Positions 9,071 through 17,960 are shown, counted from the first letter of the stretch. The stretch: 37,784 nucleotides of DNA from Bdellovibrionales bacterium GWB1_55_8 (GCA_001769835.1 MEPR01000079.1:24891-62674), one strand, 5' to 3'. Notes: generated by a model not told the origin, from the sequence alone. Made by a program: numbers and translations.

Positions 9071-9697
9071 TTATTCGCGATGACAGGTCATGTACATGTG
9101 GAAAGGCTGATTCAGTGGCAGGCGTTGGATGAGCTCACTGAAACTGATGTTGGGTTCCTCAGCCTGCAGCCGTGCTGCTTCAGGAGAGCTGGCGAAAACG
9201 AAAGAGGTTCCGTCATCCTCCAGGAAGCTTTCAACGCTCATGAGGGGTTTTGTTCCGGCGTATACGACAGCGCTGATGAAGACGCTTTGTCCCACCGGTT
9301 TCGTCGCGATCAGCACGTAGTTTCCCTTTGGAAGTTCATTTGACCCGAACGATGCAAAAGCAAGTGCGGAGTCGTTTTCCCTGCTGAGATCGAGGAAGGG
9401 GATGGTCGAATGGACGCGTCTTCCATCGGCGGTGAAGGCTTCGTGATCGATGACTTTCATTCCCGCGATTTCTTCCCGGCTCAGTCGGGACGAAAACGGC
9501 GGCGTTCCGCGGTCCGAGGCCACGTACATCAGATATTGCCTGCTCATCATCGTCTTCGTCCCAGGATTGTTCTCCGTGGGGTAGCTGTTCTCGATGACTG
9601 TCTTCACTTCCACATCACAGGACATGCGGGACGGTGATGCGGCGTGAGTGTTCAGGGTGATGAGAAAAATTCCAACGCTGATCAGTATCTTTTTCAT
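9071..9697 (-). CDS. Secreted hypothetical protein
   Basis: Signal peptide MKKILISVGIFLITLNTHA, with one Cys near each terminus. Starts 1 nt after the upstream stop. Confidence 0.85.
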   Translation of the reverse strand: MKKILISVGIFLITLNTHAASPSRMSCDVEVKTVIENSYPTENNPGTKTMMSRQYLMYVASDRGTPPFSSRLSREEIAGMKVIDHEAFTADGRRVHSTIPFLDLSRENDSALAFASFGSNELPKGNYVLIATKPVGQSVFISAVVYAGTKPLMSVESFLEDDGTSFVFASSPEAARLQAEEPNISFSELIQRLPLNQPFHMYMTCHRE

Positions 9698-9698
9698 T

Positions 9699-10376
9699 TC
9701 AGTAGCCCTTCCTTTTCAGTTCATTGACGAGGTTTTTAACGACTTCTTTCTTCTTGATGGGACTCGGTGCCCGTGTGAATTCAAAATGCGAAACCGTTTC
9801 CCAGAATTCCCGGAACACTCTTTCGTCATCCACGATGGCGTAGAGTTCGTAGACATCCTTTACCCCATGGCGTTCCAGATACCGCCGGCCTTCTTCACTG
9901 AGGGTGATCCTGTCGGTGTAAGGGCAGAAAAAAGATCCGGTCTTCAGATCCGAGACGATTTCGTGAAATGTCTTCCGATCGATCTCGATCTTTCTGCTCA
10001 CCGACTTGAAGAGTTTTCGTTCCATTTTCAGTGCGGTCTTGGTCTCAGTAGAGGCGGTGAATTCAGCCATTTTCCTTGCGTAGCTGCGGTGCGAAGCCTT
10101 GTAGGCCTCCATTCCTGGCATAACAACGACACCCATGATCGTGGCTGCGACAACCATGATGGGATAGGAAAGCACGGCTCCGGCCATGGTGTCCGTGTAG
10201 CGCCGGTAGTTATGGTAGCTGTAGAGCTCCTTCAGGTCCTGGAAGTACGTGGACCGGTTCGCAACCACCTCTTCGCGATACACGCTCGAACACCCTGAGG
10301 ATGCCTGGGCCGGAAGCGCGCTTGAAACAGCGAAAAAAGCGGCCAGAAACAACACGATCGGCTTTTTCATTTTCAT
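9699..10376 (-). CDS. Secreted/membrane hypothetical protein, paralog of 7250..7915
   Basis: Signal peptide ending PAQA and an internal hydrophobic segment. AAGGAG suits the second ATG (MKKP) better. Confidence 0.85.
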   Translation of the reverse strand: MKMKKPIVLFLAAFFAVSSALPAQASSGCSSVYREEVVANRSTYFQDLKELYSYHNYRRYTDTMAGAVLSYPIMVVAATIMGVVVMPGMEAYKASHRSYARKMAEFTASTETKTALKMERKLFKSVSRKIEIDRKTFHEIVSDLKTGSFFCPYTDRITLSEEGRRYLERHGVKDVYELYAIVDDERVFREFWETVSHFEFTRAPSPIKKKEVVKNLVNELKRKGY

Positions 10377-10450
10377 CTCCTTGTCAGGCGGCAGGATTAA
10401 CCGACCTTAGTGCGTCGCGCCATATGTCTTTAGTAAATAGATAAGGAGAT

Positions 10451-10470
10451 TATTTACCTGCAGGTAAATA
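10451..10470. promoter_or_regulatory. Perfect 20-bp palindrome, probable operator of the DUF4423 regulator
   Basis: TATTTACCTGCAGGTAAATA is its own reverse complement. Its left arm contains the -35 of TTTACC-N17-TAAGCT-N6-ATG(10488). Confidence 0.7.
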
Positions 10471-10487
10471 TGTCTTAAGCTTCATAT

Positions 10488-11300
10488 ATGAATATCTTTT
10501 CGTATTCCGATTATCGGAAGGTCATTCGCGACAGCCTGAGCGGACGTCCGAGAAAGGGGTACGGCCAGCTGAGCCGGCTTGCGGAATCGATGGGTGTCAA
10601 CGCCACTTTCATTAGTCAGGTTCTCAGTGCCGCGAAGGCCTTCAGTCCTGAGCAGGGTGTTGTGGTGGCGGAGTTTCTCGGGTTTACGGAGCTGGAAGCC
10701 GAATATTTCGTCCTGCTCGTGCAGATCGAGCGTGCAGGCAGCCTGAAGCTCAGGCGCATCCATGAAAAGCGGCAACGCGAACTTCAGAAACAATCGAAGG
10801 ATCTTCTTCACCGCCTCACGCCCGACCAGGTCCTGTCCGAGGAGCAGAAGGCGATCTTTTACTCCGACTGGCACTACTCTGCGGTTCGGCAGATGACGGC
10901 GATACCCGGATTCGACACGCCTGACGCGATCGGAGAGCGGCTTTCCATTCCGATTTCACTTGTCCGCGAAATTCTATCTTTTCTGGTGAAGTCAGGGCTC
11001 TGCATCCAGAAGTCACGGGGACGATTTTCGGTGGGACCTAGCCGGACACATCTTGAGGGAGGTTCCCCCTGGGTCAAGGTTCATCACCAGAACTGGCGGG
11101 CAAGGGCCATTGAAGACGTGAACCAGCCAGAGGACGGTATTCGGCTTCACTACTCCTCGCCGATGACCGTATCGCGCGAGGACGCCTTGAAAATAAGGGC
11201 AATGGCCGTGCAGCTCATAGATGACGTCGGGAAATCCGTCAGGAAGACACATTCCGAGGAACTGCTTTGTCTCAATGTCGACTGGTTTCGCGTCCAGTAG
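10488..11300 (+). CDS. TIGR02147/DUF4423-family protein (N-terminal HTH, probable transcription regulator)
   Basis: MNIFSYSDYR, HTH GQLSRLAESMGVNATFISQVL, FYSDWHYSAVR, HHQNWR, HYSSPMTVS and C-terminal LNVDWF. Confidence 0.9.
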   Translation: MNIFSYSDYRKVIRDSLSGRPRKGYGQLSRLAESMGVNATFISQVLSAAKAFSPEQGVVVAEFLGFTELEAEYFVLLVQIERAGSLKLRRIHEKRQRELQKQSKDLLHRLTPDQVLSEEQKAIFYSDWHYSAVRQMTAIPGFDTPDAIGERLSIPISLVREILSFLVKSGLCIQKSRGRFSVGPSRTHLEGGSPWVKVHHQNWRARAIEDVNQPEDGIRLHYSSPMTVSREDALKIRAMAVQLIDDVGKSVRKTHSEELLCLNVDWFRVQ

Positions 11301-11466
11301 CTGACGGACGGAGCAACCGCCGCCGTTCGTAAGACTCCAAATCGGGTCTGAGTTTTTGACTTGCATGGGTTAAGCTGCTAACAGCAGGCGCTGTTTTGGC
11401 GGATGGACCGAGCAGGTGCCGGTTTGTGCAGCAAGCAAATCACGCCTACCCGCGGTCAATAATTTC

Positions 11467-11730
11467 TCACTTAAGCCGGTATTTCCGCCTAAACCCTGCC
11501 CGGCGTCCTCTGGTTCCAGGGATCGATAATCCGGGTCCCATTGAATCGGAGTGATCATGCTTTCTGAGTTGAAGGCGAGATGGGTTCAAGTCTTCAGCGT
11601 AGGTTGTGCCCGCTCCCTGGCGAATTTCGGCTCTTGATCCTGGGTCGGAGGCGTTCCATCGATCTCTTGGCCGTCGAACAGGTGTGCTTGCCAGCCGTTT
11701 GGCAGATGCGGTTGGCTTCGTGACTCCCAT
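11467..11730 (-). CDS. Small basic hydrophilic protein (87 aa)
   Basis: Strong RBS TAAGGAG 6 nt before the ATG at 11730, with a sigma54 motif directly upstream. Confidence 0.55.
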   Translation of the reverse strand: MGVTKPTASAKRLASTPVRRPRDRWNASDPGSRAEIRQGAGTTYAEDLNPSRLQLRKHDHSDSMGPGLSIPGTRGRRAGFRRKYRLK

Positions 11731-11762
11731 GGGTTTCTCCTTAATGAATCAAACGAAGAAGC

Positions 11763-11778
11763 TGCAAGGCGCAAACCA
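11763..11778 (-). promoter_or_regulatory. Putative sigma54 promoter for the 87-aa ORF
   Basis: Minus strand TGGTTTGCGCCTTGCA (GG-N10-GC). Confidence 0.55.
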
Positions 11779-11808
11779 GGGCAGTACTGATCGCCGCCCG
11801 TTTGAGAC

Positions 11809-11824
11809 TGGAGCCTAATTTGCT
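11809..11824 (+). promoter_or_regulatory. Putative sigma54 promoter for the DUF5996 gene
   Basis: TGGAGCCTAATTTGCT (GG-N10-GC). Predicted +1 is about 11835, 2 nt before the GTG. Confidence 0.5.
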
Positions 11825-11836
11825 TCTTTTTCAGGC

Positions 11837-12802
11837 GTGTGGCCTGAGCTGAAATACGAGCAGTGGCGGGACTCCTGCCAAACCCTGCATCGCTGGATGC
11901 AGATCATCGGCAAAGTGAAGCTGTCGAAGTCGCCGTGGCTGAACCACTCCTGGCATTCGACGTTTTTCCTCACTCCACGAGGCCTTACCTCAGCCTTGAT
12001 CCATGACGGGCCCCGTGCATTCGCGGTGGATTTCGATTTTGTGGATCATCTGCTCGTGATTCAGGACGATCGAGGCGCTGAAGTGAAGCTTCAGTTGATG
12101 CCGGAAAGCGTCGCATCCTTTTACAGGAAAGTGTTTCGTGCGTTTGACGGAATGGGCATTCAAGCACACATTGATCCCAGGCCCAATGAGCTTCCGGATC
12201 GCGAGCGATTCTCGGAGGACGTGATTCATTGCTCTTACGATCCGGAGTTTTCATCGCGGTTTTGGCAGGCGATGCTCAGGACGCATCAGGTGATGCAGGA
12301 GTTTCGTTCCCGGTACGTGGGGAAGGTGAGTCCGATTCATTTCTTCTGGGGCAGCATGGATCTTGCGATCACTCGTTTTTCCGGCAGACGAGCTCCTCAG
12401 CATCCCGGAGGAGTGTTGAACCTTCCAGATCTTGTGACGCGCGAGGCGTACTCGCATGAGGTGAGCAGCTGTGGGTTCTGGCCAGGAAATGACCTCGTCC
12501 CGTATCCTGCTTTCTATAGCTACGCTTACCCTATTCCCGCCGGGTTTGAGTCAGCGCGCATCCGTCCGAACGGCGCCATTTACCACGAGACTTTGCGCGA
12601 GTTTCTTTTGCCTTATGATCTGGTTCGCGCATCAGCCGATCCAGCGGCCACCTTGCTCGATTTCTTTCAGAGCACATATGATGCCGCCGCGAATCTGGGC
12701 GGGTGGGACCGCGTTTCGCTGGAGGAAAGCCCGTTTCTGAAGCTTCTTCAGCTCAGTCGCGCTTCTTCACGACGCGCAGGGCAGCTGAAGAAAGCGGGCT
12801 AG
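11837..12802 (+). CDS. DUF5996-family protein
   Basis: WPEL...TLHRWMQIIGK...NHSWH, SPIHFFWGSMDLAITRFSGR, EAYSHEVSSCGFWPG, AFYSYAYP, FFQSTYDAAA. Confidence 0.88.
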   Translation: MWPELKYEQWRDSCQTLHRWMQIIGKVKLSKSPWLNHSWHSTFFLTPRGLTSALIHDGPRAFAVDFDFVDHLLVIQDDRGAEVKLQLMPESVASFYRKVFRAFDGMGIQAHIDPRPNELPDRERFSEDVIHCSYDPEFSSRFWQAMLRTHQVMQEFRSRYVGKVSPIHFFWGSMDLAITRFSGRRAPQHPGGVLNLPDLVTREAYSHEVSSCGFWPGNDLVPYPAFYSYAYPIPAGFESARIRPNGAIYHETLREFLLPYDLVRASADPAATLLDFFQSTYDAAANLGGWDRVSLEESPFLKLLQLSRASSRRAGQLKKAG

Positions 12803-12850
12803 TGGGGGCTGCTTGATGCGGCTGTCGCGATTTTTGCACCGCTGCTATGT

Positions 12851-13957
12851 ATGAATAATCCGCAGCGACGAATTCGTTATGGTGTGATTGGTCTCGGCCA
12901 TATAGCTCAAGCGGCTGTGCTACCTGCGTTTGAACACGCGGAAAACGCGGAGCTGGCGGCTTTATTTTCGCGGGACCGCGAAAAGCTCAAGGTGCTTGGA
13001 AATCAGTATGGAGTGCAGACTCGTGCATCCTACGATGATTTCGAAACGGTTCTTCGCCGTGAGCGCATTGACGCGGTCTATATCGCACTTCCGAACCACC
13101 TTCATCGCGAGTACACCATTCGCGCGGCCAAGGCGGGTTGCCACGTGCTATGCGAAAAGCCCATGGCCCTGAACGAGCAGGAATGCTGGGACATGATTCA
13201 TGCCGCGAACGACGCGCGGATCAAGCTGATGATCGCTTATCGGCTGCATTTCGAGGAGGCGAACCTCTCGTGTGTCGAGCTGATCGAATCGGGTGTGATC
13301 GGCGATCCCCGGTTCTTTGATTCTGTATTCGCTTTTCCGGCAAAAGAGGGAAATATCCGGACACGGAAAAAAACAGGTGGAGGGCCGCTTTACGATATCG
13401 GGATCTATTGCATCAATGCGGTGAGATACCTGTTTCGGAGCGAGCCTGTCGAAGTCGTCGCGATTGGCAGTGCAAAGCGCGTTGGCGAGGTTGAAGAGAC
13501 GGTCAGCGCGATTATGCGTTTTCCAGAGGAGCGCATCGCTTCGTTCACCTGCAGTTTTGGCACAGCTCATGTCGCGAAGTACTCCGTGTCCGGAACGAAA
13601 GGCGAGATTTTGCTGGAGAACGCCTACCAATATACTGGGGATATGATCCAGAAGGTGATCGTCAACGAGGAAACCAGTCAGACAAAATTTGCGCAGCGTG
13701 ATCAGTTCGCTCCTGAATTGATCTACTTCTCCAATTGCATCCTGAATGATGTGGAGCCTGAGCCTTCCGGATATGAGGGCCTCGCGGACATACGAGTCAT
13801 CGAGGCCATCCAGAAGGCCGAAAGAACCGCACGCGCGGTCGTGGTGGAGCCGCTCTCGCGCGCGATCAGGCCAGATCTCGATCAGGCCATTGATCGGGAA
13901 GCGGTGGAGGAGCCCAAGCCTGTTCACGCCGAGAGCCCGAAAAAAGAGGCTGCCTAA
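12851..13957 (+). CDS. Gfo/Idh/MocA-family oxidoreductase
   Basis: YGVIGLGHIA Rossmann motif, DAVYIALPNHLH, HVLCEKP, AYRLHFE, GGGPLYDIGIY. Confidence 0.93.
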   Translation: MNNPQRRIRYGVIGLGHIAQAAVLPAFEHAENAELAALFSRDREKLKVLGNQYGVQTRASYDDFETVLRRERIDAVYIALPNHLHREYTIRAAKAGCHVLCEKPMALNEQECWDMIHAANDARIKLMIAYRLHFEEANLSCVELIESGVIGDPRFFDSVFAFPAKEGNIRTRKKTGGGPLYDIGIYCINAVRYLFRSEPVEVVAIGSAKRVGEVEETVSAIMRFPEERIASFTCSFGTAHVAKYSVSGTKGEILLENAYQYTGDMIQKVIVNEETSQTKFAQRDQFAPELIYFSNCILNDVEPEPSGYEGLADIRVIEAIQKAERTARAVVVEPLSRAIRPDLDQAIDREAVEEPKPVHAESPKKEAA

Positions 13958-14120
13958 AAAGAATTGATCACGAGAAGTCCTTCGCTCAGGCGGAGGCACT
14001 CGTTGAAATAGCTATAACGCAGAGCATTAAAAACCAGTAATGTTGGAAGCCCCATTTTTTATGTGCTAGATAGCACCGAAATTATTCCCCGCGCTCTAAG
14101 CGGAAGAAGGGCTTACACGT

Positions 14121-16319
14121 ATGTACAGGAAATCTGTTGCCTATCTATTGCTCGCCACGTTTACCAGCAGCCTCACGCTCCCAACGGCATTTGGAAACGA
14201 TCTTCCTTCTGAAATCGAGACCGCACGCACTGAAGGCCAGGCTGACGGGGCTGCTGATGGAGCTCGCGAAGCTGATGCTCGCGGAAACGCAGAAGGTATG
14301 GCTGCAGGTCGCGATGCTGGCTACAAGGACGCCTTTGCCCGTTGCGAGCGCCAGGAGCAGAAGCGCGCCCGCGATAATGGTTTCGCGGATGGTTTTCTTC
14401 GCGGTGAAGCCGAGGGGGTGGAACTGGGGCGTGCCGAAGGTACCGCGGAGGGCGATCGCAAAGGATTTGAAGAAGGTCGTGCTGACGGCATGCGCCGGGC
14501 GGACACTGATGCAAAACGCGAAGCACCGCCAAAGGGTTCAGCCGCAGGCATTCAGGAGGCAAATGGTTCCGACACGGCGGAACGCGCCGCCCGCGATGGC
14601 GTGGTAGCCGGCGATCGTGACGCTCTGAAAAAAGCCGAAGCCGAGGATTATCCTTTTGGTCGACGTCAGTACAGGGATGAGAGATTTGCAGAAGCGATCG
14701 AACACACGGACCTGCTTGAAAATCTTCTCTCATCGACACAAAAGCAGGGCGTTTCATCACGATCCTTCGTCAGAGTTTCCGGAGTCAGTGCACCGGCTCC
14801 TGATAACCGGTTCTTCAATCCTCGTCGGCAGTATCCGTCACAGCAGGAGAATCTCGCTTATTCGGAGGCCTACGCGTTGGCTTACAACGCGGAATTCCGT
14901 TCGAGTTACGAGGCGATCTTCCAGCCCGTGTTTGATCAGGCCCGTCGTACAGGCGAGGAAGCCGGCTGCGAGGCCGCGCGCCAGGCCGATTACCGCAGTT
15001 TTTACCAAACTGGCTGGAATGACGGGAAACCCAAGGGGTACGCCAAGTCGTACCGAGCCGAACGTGACAAATCCGCTCGCGCCGCCTATCAGAGCCGGTT
15101 CCAGGAGGCGTCCAATACGGCCTATCAGCAGACTTACAACACCGCCTACGAGCGTTATTTCGAGCAGGCCCGTTCTGAAGCATTTGCCAAACGTGTCGGT
15201 GAAATCTATCAGGCTGCGTTCATCGATGCTCATGACCGGCGCTTTGCTGAAACTTATCCCGGGCACGCTCAGTCGGAGAAGGAGCGAGGACGAAAAGAGG
15301 AACATGAAGATTTCGTCCTGCGTCCGGTACGCTTGATTGAAGGTTCCGTTGTCGAATCCGTCGCGGATGGAGTCTATGAGCCGGGCGAGGCACTTGCGGT
15401 GAGTCTGGTTCTGAGGAACTTCGCGGACCACGAGCTGAAAGGTGAGGATATCAAGATCCAGGTGGAATCACTCAGTCCGACGCTGCTGACGTTGCCTAGC
15501 GGGGAAACGACGCTTTCCAGAGATCTTCAGCGAAAGAGTATCGTGAAGGTGAAACGCGGGTTTCAATTTTATCTGAACGAGTCCGCCCTGGGCCGTACGG
15601 CCGCGCTCCGTTTGACCGCGTTCTACAAGGGGCGTGTGATTGGTGAAGTTTCGCTGCAGCCGCGCGGGCAGTATTCAATGGAAATTCAAATCGTCGAAAC
15701 GCCGGTGCTGAAAGAAGGCCTTGAAGCCGCACTTCGGGTGAAGGTGAAAAATCGCTCACAGCTCCCGAGCGAAGACGGCATGCGCGTGTCGTTCCGCACA
15801 AAATCCCGGCAAGTTGAGGTGAAGAACTCCGACGTTGCTTTGCCATCATTTCGTCCCGGAGAGGAGCGCATGGTCGAATTCCCCATGATCGCACGTACCG
15901 AAGGACGGGTGAATCTGGCGTACGCGGTGGAAGCCACCGTGGGTTCCGGAAGACGCGTGGGAATCCTGGATCAGACCGGTTCGCTGCCTGTCAGAAACGA
16001 TTACACGATCGAGCCGATTACGAATCTAACCGAGCTGAAAAGCGCGGGAATCGTTCGCCTCGGGTATCTGGTGACAAACGTCGCTTCGCGAGCAATCACC
16101 AAGACCCTTGAACTTTCGATCAGAATCGAGTCCAAATCGGCGGAAGACGTATTTGCGATTACGGGGCCTAATCCGCAGTTCCTGAGGCCATTGGTGTATG
16201 GTCAGCAGTCGCGCTTTGTCGCTCCTGTAGTGGTGAAAAGCAGCAATTCGGGTGGCGCGGTCTTCCTGGAGCTCCGGGAAGCCGGTCGAACCGTGATCAT
16301 TCGGAAATTTGAGTTCTGA
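14121..16319 (+). CDS. Large secreted protein: GxxxG/AYxx helical repeats plus C-terminal Ig-like domains
   Basis: Signal peptide. Repeats such as EGQADGAADGAREA and AYQQTYNTAYERYF. Beta-sandwich cues DGVYEPGEALAVSLVLRN and PSFRPGEE. Confidence 0.88.
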   Translation: MYRKSVAYLLLATFTSSLTLPTAFGNDLPSEIETARTEGQADGAADGAREADARGNAEGMAAGRDAGYKDAFARCERQEQKRARDNGFADGFLRGEAEGVELGRAEGTAEGDRKGFEEGRADGMRRADTDAKREAPPKGSAAGIQEANGSDTAERAARDGVVAGDRDALKKAEAEDYPFGRRQYRDERFAEAIEHTDLLENLLSSTQKQGVSSRSFVRVSGVSAPAPDNRFFNPRRQYPSQQENLAYSEAYALAYNAEFRSSYEAIFQPVFDQARRTGEEAGCEAARQADYRSFYQTGWNDGKPKGYAKSYRAERDKSARAAYQSRFQEASNTAYQQTYNTAYERYFEQARSEAFAKRVGEIYQAAFIDAHDRRFAETYPGHAQSEKERGRKEEHEDFVLRPVRLIEGSVVESVADGVYEPGEALAVSLVLRNFADHELKGEDIKIQVESLSPTLLTLPSGETTLSRDLQRKSIVKVKRGFQFYLNESALGRTAALRLTAFYKGRVIGEVSLQPRGQYSMEIQIVETPVLKEGLEAALRVKVKNRSQLPSEDGMRVSFRTKSRQVEVKNSDVALPSFRPGEERMVEFPMIARTEGRVNLAYAVEATVGSGRRVGILDQTGSLPVRNDYTIEPITNLTELKSAGIVRLGYLVTNVASRAITKTLELSIRIESKSAEDVFAITGPNPQFLRPLVYGQQSRFVAPVVVKSSNSGGAVFLELREAGRTVIIRKFEF

Positions 16320-16331
16320 TTCGGAGGAATT

Positions 16332-16844
16332 ATGAGAATCCAATCTTTTGCAAAACTAACTCTTTCAGTCCTGGTCCTCGCGTTTGCCTCGGCATGTGTT
16401 CAGATCCCTGAGTCCTACGTTGGTAGTTACCTGGATCCTGTTTCAGGCGCCAAACTTTCACTTCTTTCGAATCAGGCGGAACTTCTGGAGCCAAGCGGGC
16501 GAAAACTGAAGGGCAAGGTGAAGGCGCTTTCCTTTGAACGCCTTCTTGGCGGCAAAAGCGGTATTCAGATCAACAATAACTCCAAGGACCCCAAGAAGGT
16601 CGAGCTGTTCTGGGTGTTCCCGCGCGTCGAAACGCGCAAGGAAGCGGCGGGTATGGTCTGGCTGGAAGCCGAGGTGATTTACGCCTTGCTGGATAATCCT
16701 GAGTCAAAGAAGGCCAGTCGACTTGAAGTTTTCCAGTGCAGGAACGGAACGGTCCTGCTTGACGTGAAGAATAGTGATTGGCAGATCGGATGTCCGGAAA
16801 CGGCGTCCTATTACGATTTCCATCGAATCAAGGAAGAGGGTTGA
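16332..16844 (+). CDS. Lipoprotein of unknown function
   Basis: Lipobox LAFASA-C and RBS GGAGG. Confidence 0.85.
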   Translation: MRIQSFAKLTLSVLVLAFASACVQIPESYVGSYLDPVSGAKLSLLSNQAELLEPSGRKLKGKVKALSFERLLGGKSGIQINNNSKDPKKVELFWVFPRVETRKEAAGMVWLEAEVIYALLDNPESKKASRLEVFQCRNGTVLLDVKNSDWQIGCPETASYYDFHRIKEEG

Positions 16845-16847
16845 TCC

Positions 16848-17945
16848 ATGAAATTCAGCGCAGTTTTGTTGTTAGGAACGCTCGTTTCTTTTTCAGCGCA
16901 GGCCGGTCTTCCGGATTGCCAGCCAGCGCAGGGCTACGCGATTGATGGTTTTTCGCGGAACGAAGCCCTGATGCTCGAATGGAATCAGCGATTTGCGCAG
17001 GCTCCCTCCGGCTCTTTTGATGAAAAATATGCGGACCGTGAACGCCGGACGGCGGGCGCTGCGGCGCTGAATGCGCTTGCAACCGCTTCCGCCTTGGCCG
17101 GCGAGCATACGCAGGACGAACTTCATGCCTTCGCTCAGCTGATGAACCGTAAATACGGCGGGGCTTCGAGCGGAAGCTACACCGAGAGCGTCTATCTCAC
17201 GGCGGCGCGTCTGGCGTGGGATGCCTTCGCACTTCGCGGGAATTCGAACTTCACCTGTATTACCGAGTGGCGTGACATGTGGTCGCTGGCTCGGACCTAT
17301 GCATCTTTCTACGCTTCAGCCTCTTCGGGCTCGAAGGCCGAAAGCGCCTATCTACAGCTGGCTCGGACCGGGTATTCAGAGACCAATAGGCGCTTTGAAC
17401 ACTGGATCAAGTATTCGCGCGAGTCGTATGCGGAACTTGAAGGCCTCGCCGATGAACTCTGGACCCTTTATGGCCGTGCCTCGAGTGGTTCTCTGGAGGA
17501 GGCCTTTGCGAAGAACGCAGGAACGCTGACCTACCGTTACGCCCTTGAGCGATTGAACAGCTCTCTCGGTTATTATTCAACCGGCGAACTTCTGGATCTG
17601 CAGAAGGTTTACGATGCCTGCTATTCGCGCGCGACTTCGGGGAGCGTGAAAGAAAGCTACTGCCGCCAGGCGCGTGATCTGGTTCGACAGGAAATCATGC
17701 GTCGTCCCCCTGGTGGCGAAGCCCCGAGGCCCCAGCCCGATCCACAACCAGTTCCTCCGCCTCCGGCTCCTCGTCCCGAGCCTATTCCGGGTGACTACGT
17801 TGAATGCGAACTCCGGACGGTGTTGGGTTCCTACCGTGGCATCGGAACGGATAGGAATTCCGCGTCTGATTCCGCTCTGCGCGTTTGTCTAGGCAGCGAG
17901 AGTGAATACAGCTGCTCGACAGGCGCGTTGAACTGCAGCCGCTGA
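16848..17945 (+). CDS. Secreted protein with five A(S/P/T)SGS helical repeats, a Pro-rich linker and a small 4-Cys C-terminal domain
   Basis: Signal peptide ending SAQA. Repeat cores at 17001, 17163, 17319, 17478 and 17631. Confidence 0.88.
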   Translation: MKFSAVLLLGTLVSFSAQAGLPDCQPAQGYAIDGFSRNEALMLEWNQRFAQAPSGSFDEKYADRERRTAGAAALNALATASALAGEHTQDELHAFAQLMNRKYGGASSGSYTESVYLTAARLAWDAFALRGNSNFTCITEWRDMWSLARTYASFYASASSGSKAESAYLQLARTGYSETNRRFEHWIKYSRESYAELEGLADELWTLYGRASSGSLEEAFAKNAGTLTYRYALERLNSSLGYYSTGELLDLQKVYDACYSRATSGSVKESYCRQARDLVRQEIMRRPPGGEAPRPQPDPQPVPPPPAPRPEPIPGDYVECELRTVLGSYRGIGTDRNSASDSALRVCLGSESEYSCSTGALNCSR

Positions 17946-17960
17946 TGCTAAGACAGCAGT

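Noticed and set aside
11370-11558. 62-aa ORF overlapping the 87-aa ORF
   Set aside because: It has no RBS. The overlapping ORF has both an SD and a promoter.
12206-12219. 14-bp match (CGATTCTCGGAGGA) to the tRNA-Leu 3' region (5642-5655), a possible attR
   Set aside because: It lies inside the intact DUF5996 reading frame, lacks the tRNA terminus, and no integrase is present. Treated as chance.
12823-12838. TGTCGCGATTTTTGCA as a sigma54 promoter for the Gfo gene
   Set aside because: It lacks the invariant GG at -24.
13148-13999. Long antisense ORFs (283 aa here; also 9648..10298, 20310..20987, 36481..37296)
   Set aside because: They are shadows of well-supported genes on the other strand, with no motifs or RBS.
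13976-14000. Hairpin after the Gfo gene as a terminator
   Set aside because: A stem is present but there is no U-tract, so it is not called.
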